From NCBI GenBank assembly GCA_965603825.1, contig CBFDEM010000013.1:124001-188000 (forward strand): a stretch of 64,000 bases of DNA. The letters run 5' to 3'. The notes below the pieces were generated by a model. The model saw only the letters and a program-made list of their open reading frames with translations, had not been told where the DNA came from and did no database searches. The DNA is from Blepharisma stoltei ATCC 30299 (lineage: Eukaryota > Protista > Ciliophora). Below, piece by piece: positions 50,863 through 61,250 of this stretch. How positions within the stretch are numbered: the first letter of the stretch is position 1; every line of letters begins with the position of its first letter. Made by a program: the position numbers and the translations under genes.

Positions 50863-51250
50863 TTATTAAATCTACAAAGATAGCTTAAGAAGTTTATATA
50901 AGAAGATGGGAATGAGACTTAACTGGATAAAAATTTTCTAGTCTCCAAATCCTTTGCTTTTCTTCGTTAAAATAAATATATACTGAATTAAATAATATTT
51001 TAATTAAATTTATGTCAGAGTAGTTATATTAAAATAGCAGCTTAAATCTGAATGCTACTTGCATATAAATATATTTCTTTCATTTTTCTCCATTAATTTG
51101 CTATTTGCCTTTCTTAAATATCACTTTTCAATTTTATAGCTTTTGAATTAATATAAATCTATATGGATTTGCATCATCAACTTTATATCGTTCAAAGAGA
51201 ATGGCTGCATTTTCCTTTGTTTTAGCTAATTTTGGGGATTAGTTTATTGC

Positions 51251-51945
51251 TTAAAATTTTATGGCTAGATCTTCAGAATTTCTTTGCTGAGTTCTTTGTA
51301 TCAACAATTGCAATATAATATTATTAGGAATTTTAGCACCTTTATTGTCAAATTTTTTAGTTTTTTCAGCTTTCTTATTAATAAAATTTATTATATTAGC
51401 ATTTTGTGAAGAGTTCTTGTTTTTAGAAGTTGGCTTAGCTTGAATGCAATTCATTAAGATTTCAGAGTAATTTGGTATCTTTAAAATCATTTTATTCTGC
51501 AGTTTTTTTTAAAATTTTGCTTATTTTATTTAACTCTCCCAAAGGTTGCTGAGGCGATAAGGACGTATCTTTTAAAAACCCATATTTTTTATGGTTCATG
51601 AGGGTTTTGTCCATCACTCTAGTGAGTCTTTCGATTTTTGGTTTCTTATTAATCATTTCCTCATCAGACTTCTCCTCTTCATTATCTTCTTCTATGCCTA
51701 TTTGGATTTCTTTATTGGGATTTCAAATCAGGCTATTTAAAACTTCTGTTTTATTGTGAGATTCTTTAACTATTTGTTCATGTTTATTTGAAAATTTCAT
51801 AAGAGCTTTTCAATCTCCACTTGTCATATTTCAAGGTAGGCTATTAGAAACTTTAAAATAAAGACTTGGACTGAAACTTGAGCATTCTCAAATGTCTGTG
51901 ACTGCCCAAGATTAAATCCTTATTTTTATTATTCCTCTCTAACAT
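51251..51945 (-). pseudogene. Possible disrupted gene
   Basis: About 140 open codons (51910-51490, with TGA) of coding-like composition; frame changes near an A8 run at ~51503-51510 and no clean start. Could be an assembly homopolymer error. Confidence 0.3.
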
Positions 51946-52047
51946 TTTATTAACAAAGGGCTATTAAGGGTGCAAATTATTACTGTCGCTGAAGCACTGG
52001 TCAAAAGATTTATGACTACACAAAGAATTTCAGAACATGCTATTAAT

Positions 52048-52995
52048 TTATTTGGCTTTTCTTATTGCTTCTTGCATCACTGAATGGATTATTCCTAGCA
52101 CCGCAAAAATCCCTCCTAAAATTGCACTCATCGAAACCAGCAGACTTGGCAGTGATTTTGTGACTCTTGTATACCTCATAGTGATACCATCAACATCATA
52201 CCTAAAATAAATAATCCCAAACACAGAGTTAAACGGCTCATTAGACCCCACCATGGAATACTGGTAGCTATTCAGTTCTTCCCCAGAGCTTTCATCATAA
52301 TACTGCACAGGTATAACCTTAATATTATATTCATATTTTATGACTTGCCCAGGTGCGTCATTTTTTTCAAGCCCATCATAAGGTGCAAAATTAGTTTGTT
52401 CTCCATTGCCAAAAATCGAGTGAATATAATGGTTTCTCTGTTCTTTCCCATAGCTCAGATGGTTTATTCTGTGGCTTAGCCTGACTTTTGATAAAGTCTG
52501 TCGAGGGATTGATGTCATTATTTGATGTGTCGCATGAAAACTTATATGGAAATTCCCAGGGGTCTTTGTGACTGAAAAATTGCCTGAGAGTTCGCAGCCT
52601 TCTTCTTCTTCGATCATTTTTATAGCGTTGCTTATATCGAGATTTGGCAATTTCTCAGTAATTCGATTACCATTTTTATCGAGACGTGTCTTAGTTAATG
52701 CTCCACCTACGTCAACGACATGGTTGCCTAAGCTGTCTAGCTGATCCAAGCTTACAGTGAGGCAGGGTGATCTAAATAGTGTGATATTTAGGTTAATTGG
52801 GAGTAGCTTGGCACCTCTGTCTTGATCTATCATTGTTTCTTTATTGATGGTATTCTCAAAGTAATACGAAATTTCTGAGAAGAAGAGTATTCCCATAGAG
52901 GAAAGTGCTATAAGAGTGATTATTCCTCCTAATGATGTTTGTTCAGAGATCCCAATTGATTTTCGGAAAAGGTCAAGACCTTTGATGTTTCTCAT
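52048..52995 (-). CDS. ER-Golgi intermediate compartment protein (ERGIC3/Erv46-like)
   Basis: GLDLFRK, EGCELSGNFSVTKTPGNFHIS, LSHRINHLSYG, two TM, C-terminal lysines. Confidence 0.92.
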   Translation of the reverse strand: MRNIKGLDLFRKSIGISEQTSLGGIITLIALSSMGILFFSEISYYFENTINKETMIDQDRGAKLLPINLNITLFRSPCLTVSLDQLDSLGNHVVDVGGALTKTRLDKNGNRITEKLPNLDISNAIKMIEEEEGCELSGNFSVTKTPGNFHISFHATHQIMTSIPRQTLSKVRLSHRINHLSYGKEQRNHYIHSIFGNGEQTNFAPYDGLEKNDAPGQVIKYEYNIKVIPVQYYDESSGEELNSYQYSMVGSNEPFNSVFGIIYFRYDVDGITMRYTRVTKSLPSLLVSMSAILGGIFAVLGIIHSVMQEAIRKAK

Positions 52996-53010
52996 TATTT
53001 ATTATAATTA

Positions 53011-53760
53011 TTATTTGTCGATTTTTTTTAAATAGTCAGGCTTCTTTGTGGCGAGTTTACCATGATGTGACTTTTTGCTGTGGACTTTTTGGACGAGGTT
53101 ATAGTGAAAAGCATAATACCACAGGACGTTATCATACTCGCCAGCATAGTCCTGCTCCCATAGTCCTCTTTTAAACATTTCTCTGTGAAAATCAACTAGA
53201 AAGTAATAGACAGCTTCAATTGTAGCTAAAGAGTGCTTAGACTCGCTTTGGTACCTCCAAAACGTCGTTATGTGGGTTTCAAGCTTAATCATAGGCATTG
53301 ACGACAAAACTCGGTCTTTTAGCATTGAATTGGTTTGGTTTCACGTAGAGTCTATAAATACAGCAGTTTTTATTTTTTGTAGCTCTTCTGTTGACAATTC
53401 TGGGATCGATCTTGCATTTTCGCCAGGAAATACAAGAACTGCTGTATCTGGGTATTCAGGAACTGACCTATCTTCTCCTAAACAGCCTATAACTTCGCTA
53501 TGATCAGGAGCTAGGACTTTTATAGGAACTGCAGAGCTCTTGCTTCTTGCTTCTTTTATGCATTTCAGAATATGGACTTGCAAAGGTAGAACCACCTTTG
53601 GGATGTCTGGGGTAAGCCCAATGCAGCAGTCATAGCAGTAATATTTCCTATTTCTATCACATTTTGGGCACTTTTGTCTATTTGTTGCATTTTCTAGCGG
53701 CTCAAAAGAAGCCAGTTCTAATCTTTCTAGTAAATGCTCATCATGAGCTTCTCTTTCCAT
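53011..53760 (-). CDS. DTWD1: DTW-domain tRNA-uridine aminocarboxypropyltransferase (249 aa)
   Basis: CPKC..YCYDC, FIDST-W(TGA), TTFWRYQ, LATIEAVYYF, YDNVLWYY. Confidence 0.92.
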
Positions 53761-53769
53761 TTTATTATA

Positions 53770-54773
53770 ATGAAAAGGGTTTTTTCAGGAATTCAGCCAA
53801 CAGGAATTATCCACATAGGAAATTATTTGGGAGCTGTAAAAAATTGGGTGGCCCTGCAAGAGCAGTATGATTCTTTATTCTCCGTTGTAGACATGCACGC
53901 AATCACATCTTCTTATTTCCAAGTAGGCTCAGGGACACATATTGCAGAACAGCTTAAAGAGTCAACTAAAATAACTGCTGCAACTTTGCTGGCGTGCGGG
54001 GTTAAAAATATTTTTATTCAAAGCCAAGTTCCAGAGCACGCTTATTTGATGTGGATTTTCAGCTGCATTTCTCCTATGTCTTGGTTTCAAATCATGACAC
54101 AGTTCAAAGAAAAAAAGTCAGCTTTAAACGGAGCAAGCCTAGGACTTTTTGCATATCCAGCTTTGATGGCAGCTGATATTTTGCTATATAAAGCAGAATT
54201 AGTCCCTGTAGGAGACGACCAAACACAGCACCTTGAGCTTGCAAGAAATGTCGCATCTCGGTATAATGGGCTTTTTGGTGATTTTTTTCCACTCCCACAG
54301 CCTCTTTATAGTAAGTTCTATCTTTAGCCACTGGGACAAGAATTATGAGTTTAAGAGACGCTACTACAAAAATGAGCAAATCAGCGAAATCTGAGATGTC
54401 GAGGGTAAATTTATTGGACTCGCCTGATGAGATCCGCAATAAATTTATTAAAGCGAAAACAGACTCTGAAGGAACTGTCAAATATGACCTTACAAGAATA
54501 GAAGTAGCGAATTTGTTCCATATCTTGTCAGAGTTCACTGGAAAAAAGCCTGAAATGCTTGAAGCTGAGTATAGATGGGGCGACTCTTTGGCGTTTAAAC
54601 AGACAATTGCTGAAGTCGTTATTGAAAAGCTGAGGCCAATAAGAGAAAAAACAGAAGAACTTATGAAAGGTGATAATTTGTTTGAGGATTTAGAGAAAGG
54701 AAGGCAAAAGGCTGGGGAATTGGCAAGTTTGCATATAAAAGAAATTAAAAAAACAGTAGGATTCACAGTTTAA
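53770..54773 (+). CDS. WARS2: Bacterial-type (mitochondrial) tryptophanyl-tRNA synthetase (328 aa)
   Basis: FSGIQPTG.IHIGNY, YPALMAADIL, VPVGDDQTQH, KMSKS; frames joined by a 17-nt intron. Confidence 0.93.
54311..54327 (+). other. 17-nt intron
   Basis: GTAAGTTCTATCTTTAG; the only short GT-AG here that restores the frame to RIMSLRD..KMSKS. Confidence 0.8.
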
Positions 54774-54923
54774 TATAACGATATAGTCAGACTTATGCTT
54801 TATTATAGATATAAATAATATGTCCTGCTTTATAAAAGCTTCATTAAAGATTAGAACACAAACTTTTAAGGATAAGCATATAAATTAATTAGAGAAATCC
54901 CCGAATGATTCTGGTAATAGAAA

Positions 54924-56189
54924 ATGGACGACTTGTTCTCAAAGATAACCTCTTTTTACTCTCGTCAAAACCACGAAGAACTTGCAAGCTACCTGAGATC
55001 TAAATCTAAACTTCTGAAAGACCAACATACAAAATTAGAGCAGCTTTACAATGCTTTTCAAGGCCCTGAAGCAACACTTGTCCAGATATCAATATTCAAG
55101 AAAAGATTGTCAACTTTGACTCAAGTCTCCATGAACGATTGGGAAAAGTGGCTGCAAAGGATCTCGACTTTCCTGATTAATTTTGACCCGCTGCAAGCTC
55201 AGTTTAATAAGAAATCCTTCTGTGGGCTGTGCTTCAAATATGCTCACTATTCTTTTGAGCTGGGAGTCAACTACCCAGAATTTGCGAATCGCGCTTTCTG
55301 TTCTCTTTTGAATGCTTATCATAGGATTGGGCTATATGGGAAGGTTACACCAATTCATACAGCTTTGTGTAAGCTTGCATTGAAAACTAAGCAAATTTCA
55401 GCTGTTCGAAGCATCATTGAAGAACATTATCTAAGTATTGATGCCCAAGAAACTGGAATTAAGGCCGAGCAGGCAATCTTATTTTTTTACTATGCAGGAT
55501 CTATTGCAACCGTTCTTAAAAGATACGACATCGCCGCTCATTTCTTTGAACTTGGTATTACAACACCTTCTCAAGCAGTTCACGCTGCATCAATTGAATG
55601 CTACAAAAAACTTGTCCTCATAACAATAATTGTAACAGGAAATGAATACTCTCACCCTAAATACGTATCCCCTCCTGTGCACAAGATGATAAATATCTTA
55701 TGTGGCGCTTACAGCAAGCTTGCTAGCACTTTTCATGATATTTTAGTTGACCAACAAATCCCAGAAGCTTTGACTAAAATTATAGTAGAAGCAGGGGCCC
55801 TATGGAGCACTGACAGCAACTATGGCCTTATAAAGCAGGTACAAAAAGCATTGATTAAGCATAAAATAAAGCGATTAACCAAAACCTATGTCACTTTATC
55901 ATTTGCTGACATTTCGGCGGCGACTGGCATAAGGGAGTGCGAAGAAATGCTTGTTGATATGATCATTGATGGAGAACTCAATGCAAAAATAGATCAAGAG
56001 CATAAGATGATTATTTTTGAAGAAAAAGATAACCAGCTTAACATTGATGACTTGGAAACGGATTGCCACACCTTGCTGAATCAGCTGAGAGAGGTGGAAA
56101 ATATGATTGAAGTGGTGTCACTTGACCCTCGCTATGCGAGAAGTGTGCTTCCTACAATGGAAAAGAAATCGTCATCTATAATGGCTTAA
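54924..56189 (+). CDS. CSN3: COP9 signalosome subunit 3 (PCI domain)
   Basis: LFFYYAG, ECYKKLVL, DSNYGLIKQV..IKRLTKTYVTLSF..MIIDGELNAKI. Confidence 0.9.
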   Translation: MDDLFSKITSFYSRQNHEELASYLRSKSKLLKDQHTKLEQLYNAFQGPEATLVQISIFKKRLSTLTQVSMNDWEKWLQRISTFLINFDPLQAQFNKKSFCGLCFKYAHYSFELGVNYPEFANRAFCSLLNAYHRIGLYGKVTPIHTALCKLALKTKQISAVRSIIEEHYLSIDAQETGIKAEQAILFFYYAGSIATVLKRYDIAAHFFELGITTPSQAVHAASIECYKKLVLITIIVTGNEYSHPKYVSPPVHKMINILCGAYSKLASTFHDILVDQQIPEALTKIIVEAGALWSTDSNYGLIKQVQKALIKHKIKRLTKTYVTLSFADISAATGIRECEEMLVDMIIDGELNAKIDQEHKMIIFEEKDNQLNIDDLETDCHTLLNQLREVENMIEVVSLDPRYARSVLPTMEKKSSSIMA

Positions 56190-56213
56190 GTAATTAGTTA
56201 GAATAAAATAAAC

Positions 56214-57878
56214 TCAAAAAGAATATAATATATTATAAGATTTTTTGTTCCAAGTTTGCTCGTTATACTCGTCATGATAAGCTCCAGGCCCCGGCAGCTC
56301 TTCTGGTGTCTTCTGCTTAAACCTTTCTTCTTTAGAAATAGAAAATTTCGGAGAATGGGCTTGGCGTTTGATAGTTGGATCAACTTGATAAGACCCCGGC
56401 CCCAGCGGATCTTTTGCATTTTTATCTAGGTCAAATCTCTCGACATTTGAATTAAATCCAACCTTCTTCGGTGCTTCAGTTGAGTTTCCTATAAGAGAAA
56501 CTGCAGTTTTATGGGAAATACGCCTAGATCCAGAAATAGAAGTAGATATTTCATAATGCCCAGGAGCAGGGGATTCTGACTGATTCGGTGAAAAATCCCT
56601 TTTAACTCTACTGGAAAAAACAGAGGACGGCTTATGCTTTGAAGAATTATGAATTCCAACCCTTGATTCATCAGCCACATAATATCCTGGCCCTGGGGTT
56701 TCATTAACTCTATGAGCCACAAATCGCTTTTCTGTGCTTCCAAAGACGCCTTCTTTCCCTCACACTTTTTTCTGAATATTATCCAGAATATTTTCATCCT
56801 TATAGCTGCCTGGCCCTGGGTTTGGATCTACAAATTCTTTAAACCTGTTTTCAGTAGAGTCAAAAGGAGCCTTTGCAGTTTTTTTGGTTGTAATTGATTT
56901 TCTAGTCTCCTGATACTGCCCAGGGGCAACTTTTACATCAGGATTTTTATATTGGAATCTTGAACTCCTGCTTCCAAAGTTTTGGAGATGTCTGGGGACT
57001 TCTGTTTTCTTGAACCCTGTAAAGGCTTCTTCTTTATAATAATACCCAGGTCCAGGAATTCCTTCATCTCCTTCTGTGCTGCTTCCGTCTTCATTTTCTT
57101 CAGTTACTTCTGATTTAACATTTATTATTCCTATCCTTTTCGTAGTGCTTACAAAAGAAGCACTCGGTTTACTTTTATATAGCGGAGCAAGCGGTAATTT
57201 ATTCTGTGAATAACTCCCAGGGCCGATTATATTGCCTGTTTGGGGTTTTGCAATAAAAGTTCTTTTGGTGTTGCTTTTATATCACTCTGTTCCTTTGCCT
57301 GGAGACAACTCTCATGGGTCTTTCGGGTTATAATGTCCAGGGCCTACACAGTCTTTTTTAGTCCCACTGTATATCTTTTGAGGGCTTTTCTGCATCACAA
57401 GGACTCCGGACGGTGCTTCTTCGTATCCATAAGCTTGATTTTGTGCAGGAATTGAAGGGGCAGACGGCATCCTGATCCAGTTAATTGCGTCATCTCTTTT
57501 TAATGACTCTTTTCTTTGAGGAGCCCACTCAGCGACTAGATCATAACTGCCTGGCCCTGGCGAGTTTTCTCTTCTTTTCTCTTTGAATCGGCTTAATTTG
57601 CTTGCAAAATTAGAAGAAAGCTTGGAAAGGTTTTTTGCTTCAGAAATTGAGTGTGGGTTTAATATAGATTCAGCTGTGGTGGTCGCATAACTGCCAGGAC
57701 CAGGCCCTGAATTTGTGGGTAATGATTTCATTACGTTTCTTTCAGTAGTTGTCGAAAATGGAGCATATGACGGCTTTGGCTTAGACTCTTTTGCTGTAGA
57801 ATAGGACCCTGGGCCAAGATTTGAAGTGCCTGAAGAGTAAAAGTCAAGTTTTCGCTCAGCTTTATTCACAAATGCCAT
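56214..57878 (-). CDS. Sperm-tail PG-rich (STPG/SHIPPO) repeat axonemal protein (554 aa)
   Basis: More than ten PGPGxY repeats in one frame through three internal TGA; apparent end at TGA 56214-56216. Confidence 0.88.
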
Positions 57879-57918
57879 TTAGATTTTAAATATCATTTTC
57901 AAAGTTAATTATAAAGAT

Positions 57919-58608
57919 TTATGAGACACTGAAAAGACTGTTAGTCCGCTTATGGGTGAAAAAAGGCAGCATCCAGGAGTGGTAGGAAGGCCGATTATCC
58001 CTGATTACATTGAAATCAGGCCTTTCATTTTTTACCCATGGAGAGTTATAAGCTATTTGTTGAACTCTATAGATAAGGTCAATATAGTCCTGCAGATCTT
58101 TGCTAGTAATTTTATTGTCAATTAATTCAAACATTGAGTCATAGAATTGACTGAAGACAATTCCTTTGGAATTTCCAAAGTCAATTTCAATGTCTTGGGC
58201 TATATGATAAGGGTTTACATTGGAATAAAAAATTCTGGAAATTTCTTCATTTAATTTTTTGTATAAACTTTTAGGGACTAGTTTTACATGATTGGGATTG
58301 ATTGCTGTTCAAAGACCATAGAGGCTTGAAAAAACTTCATGGTTTCTCTTAATATTTGTGCGATTAAGAAATTCTGGAAGCAGGATAAATACTACTTCTC
58401 CTCTGTTTCTATGAATTTGTAAAGCTGAGCGGGCTTGAGAGTCTCTGATAATTTGGATGTCGCATCTGCGTGGAATTCTTAATTTCTCCAAAACTGCGTT
58501 AATTGTTAAAGGCCCTGCTTCTCATTTTTGATTGCTTCGCCTTAAGGGAGAATAATCAATTGAATGAATTACAGCTTCTTGGAGCACAGAGTCTAATTCT
58601 TTGTTCAT
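57919..58608 (-). CDS. Hypothetical protein (229 aa)
   Basis: ATG 58608 to TAA 57919 open through two TGA; joins two track fragments. Confidence 0.72.
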
Positions 58609-58863
58609 TATTTTTTAATTATTTTAATAGACGTTAATTTTATATATAATAGTCATAAAATTTTTTAATTAAAATAGTTCAAAATCCTCTCTATTGTAAG
58701 AAATGGCAAATTCAGAAGAAAGGAAAGATATATTTTCTTAATTAAGCTTAATTAGAAAATAAGCATTTGTAGCTAACTATAAGAGGTCTATATCAATAAA
58801 ATACAGTCCAAATTCCTTTAAAATATTTATCACTACCAATTTGATACATTAATACTCTAAAAA

Positions 58864-59871
58864 ATGAGGAGCTCAAAAGAAACTCTGGTGTGCCCATACA
58901 ACAAAACCCATGTACTGCCTATTAATAAGCTTGAATGGCATCTCACAGAGTGCAAAGACAAAATAAACCAGTCAAGTGGCTTTGCTATTTGTCCTTACAA
59001 TCCACTGCATCACATGCCAGCCCAGCTGCTTGAAGCACACAAACAAGTTTGCAAAAACAAGACTCAGGAGAAACAGGAAATTTTGAGAGAAGCTCCAATT
59101 GTAGGCAATAAGAACTCATCTCATTACAGCCGTCCAACTCAGCAAAAAGATCTCCCACCTGGCTTTGCACCTGTTGCTGCTAAGAAAAAGAAAAAGAATA
59201 AGAAAGTGAAGGATGAGCCTAAGGTCCTGAAATTTGAAGACCCAAATGATGAATTTTTACCTACTTCTAAATGGCTGCAGCCAGACTTAGAACTCATCCA
59301 GTGCATTGAAGGCTTACAATTTGGTCTTCCGCCTGGTTTTGAGAACTACTTGCCAGAAGTCAAAGAGCCAGAACCAACACCTAAAGAGCCAGAACCAAAA
59401 CAGAAAGAGCCAGAACCAATCCTCAAAGAATCATTTTCTGAATCCAAGCTGCAGGATGAGCCGCCAGAGCCTCTCGCTTCTCCAACAGAGTCAAAACCCC
59501 AAGACGAGCCTAAACTTTCCCAATCTGAGCCACACATAATCCTTTCCTCAAAATCTCAATCACCAGTAAAGCCCCTCAATCCTAAGCCAGCAGACGAATG
59601 GGTCACAATTAAAGCAAAACCCAAAAAGAAAGCTCCCAAAAAAGTCGAATCCAGCGGCTCTTTGCCCATCTCCCAGTCAGACTTTAACACCTTAGCAGAA
59701 TTCCAAGTCTCTGCGTCCCTCACAAAGAACAAGAAAACCCTCAAAAAGAAGCTCAAAGAAATCCAGCAGCTTGAAGAGGCCTACAACCGAGGCGAAAAAC
59801 TAGACCCTCAGCAGCTCCTAAAATTGCAATCCAAAGACAAAACCGAGCGCGAGCTGGCCAGCCTCAAATAA
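58864..59871 (+). CDS. GTSF1/Asterix-like tandem CHHC (U11-48K) zinc-finger protein with basic helical C-terminus
   Basis: CPYNKTH..LEWHLTEC and CPYNPLH..LEAHKQVC; KEPEP repeats; tail LKKKLKEIQQLE..GEKLDPQQLLKL. Confidence 0.82.
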   Translation: MRSSKETLVCPYNKTHVLPINKLEWHLTECKDKINQSSGFAICPYNPLHHMPAQLLEAHKQVCKNKTQEKQEILREAPIVGNKNSSHYSRPTQQKDLPPGFAPVAAKKKKKNKKVKDEPKVLKFEDPNDEFLPTSKWLQPDLELIQCIEGLQFGLPPGFENYLPEVKEPEPTPKEPEPKQKEPEPILKESFSESKLQDEPPEPLASPTESKPQDEPKLSQSEPHIILSSKSQSPVKPLNPKPADEWVTIKAKPKKKAPKKVESSGSLPISQSDFNTLAEFQVSASLTKNKKTLKKKLKEIQQLEEAYNRGEKLDPQQLLKLQSKDKTERELASLK

Positions 59872-59920
59872 GTTAATAACTAATGATCCATTCTTAATAA
59901 GCCCATGGAGCTGAAGAGTT

Positions 59921-61168
59921 TTAGGTATATAAAGACTTATCAATAATTGGTGGGATTGGCTTGATCTCAGTGTCCAGTTCTTGCTCGATCGCGAATAAGT
60001 TTTCTTTATCCTCTTCAGTTATGAAATTGATTGCCAGCCCAAGGTGGCCAAACCTCCCTGACCTGCCAATCCTATGCAAGTACGTTTCAGCGTTCTTGGG
60101 GAAGTCAAAATTGATGACGACATTTACAGTCTGAATGTCAATCCCTCTCGTACATAGGTCAGAAGACACCAAACAGCGGCAGCCGCCATTTCTGAAGTCG
60201 TGGAAGACCCTATTTCGGTCTTGTTGTTGCATTTTGGCGTGTATGAAGAAGCAGGAGTAGCCTAGTTCTGTTATTTTCTTGGCAAGTAGCTCCACACGAA
60301 GTGTGGAGTTGCAAAAAATCATGGCCTGGTTGATCTGCAGCCTGGAAAACAGCGTGTTCAAGCAGTGGACTTTTTTCTTTTCTTGCACGTGGGCGTAGTA
60401 CTGCGTGACGCCAATTAATGTAAGTTCGTCCATCAGGTTGATTTCGTGGTGCTCGGGCAAGTATCGGAGCACAAACTCTTTGACAGTCACTGGGAACGTT
60501 GCGGAGTATAACAAGATCTGGCGGTCAGCAGGGAGGAACACGAGCAGCCTCTCGATGATGGGCTGGAAGTCAGGTGAGATCAGCTTGTCAGCCTCGTCCA
60601 TAACACAGATTTGTGCTTTGGACAGGTCCGCAACGTGCTTGGAAGCGAGGTCTAAAACTCTTCCAGGGGTTCCCACAAGGATGTGGACTGTTTTATAAAG
60701 CCTGTAGATGTCGTCTCTCAATGAAGTGCCCCCAGTAGTGACCATGCACTGCACGTTCATGTGTTTTCCGATTTCCTTGATTACATTGCTAGTCTGCAGC
60801 GCTAGTTCTCTTGTGGGGACGAGGACCAAGGCTTGGATGTAGTTCTGAGACGTGTCACATTTCTCCAGGATCGGGATTACAAAGGCGGCAGTCTTCCCCG
60901 TCCCGTTTTTGGCTCTTGCTATAATATGCTGTCCAGCAAGAGCAATGGGGATGCTTTCTTCTTGCACAGGAGCTGGCCTTTCAAAGCCTTTCTCGAAAAT
61001 CCCCATGAGAAGCTCTCTCTTTAAGAAGTAGTCTTCCCATTCATTTCCTTTGGTGTTGGTCACGTCTGTCGTTTTAAACCTAGTGTCTGCTTGGGGCCGC
61101 ACAATTGCTTCTCGTGGCTCTTCTGAGTTTTGCACTTTTGGGGTATATTGTCGTCTATCTGCGTTCAT
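59921..61168 (-). CDS. DDX6: DEAD-box RNA helicase DDX6/Dhh1
   Basis: [47 protein letters not shown]. Confidence 0.98.
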   Translation of the reverse strand: MNADRRQYTPKVQNSEEPREAIVRPQADTRFKTTDVTNTKGNEWEDYFLKRELLMGIFEKGFERPAPVQEESIPIALAGQHIIARAKNGTGKTAAFVIPILEKCDTSQNYIQALVLVPTRELALQTSNVIKEIGKHMNVQCMVTTGGTSLRDDIYRLYKTVHILVGTPGRVLDLASKHVADLSKAQICVMDEADKLISPDFQPIIERLLVFLPADRQILLYSATFPVTVKEFVLRYLPEHHEINLMDELTLIGVTQYYAHVQEKKKVHCLNTLFSRLQINQAMIFCNSTLRVELLAKKITELGYSCFFIHAKMQQQDRNRVFHDFRNGGCRCLVSSDLCTRGIDIQTVNVVINFDFPKNAETYLHRIGRSGRFGHLGLAINFITEEDKENLFAIEQELDTEIKPIPPIIDKSLYT

Positions 61169-61250
61169 TATAAAATTATGGCGATTTCGACGAAATATAA
61201 GTCAAAGGAATATGAAGGCAGCCTGGGTTATTAATGGTTATAATTATAGG

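Noticed and set aside
51495-51515. Programmed ribosomal frameshift at an A-run
   Set aside because: No homology evidence that the two frames belong to one protein; homopolymer error or decay is simpler.
53770-54773. Bacterial contamination or recent HGT of trpS
   Set aside because: Contains a spliceosomal-type tiny intron and has host-like composition; bacterial-type TrpRS is expected for mitochondria.
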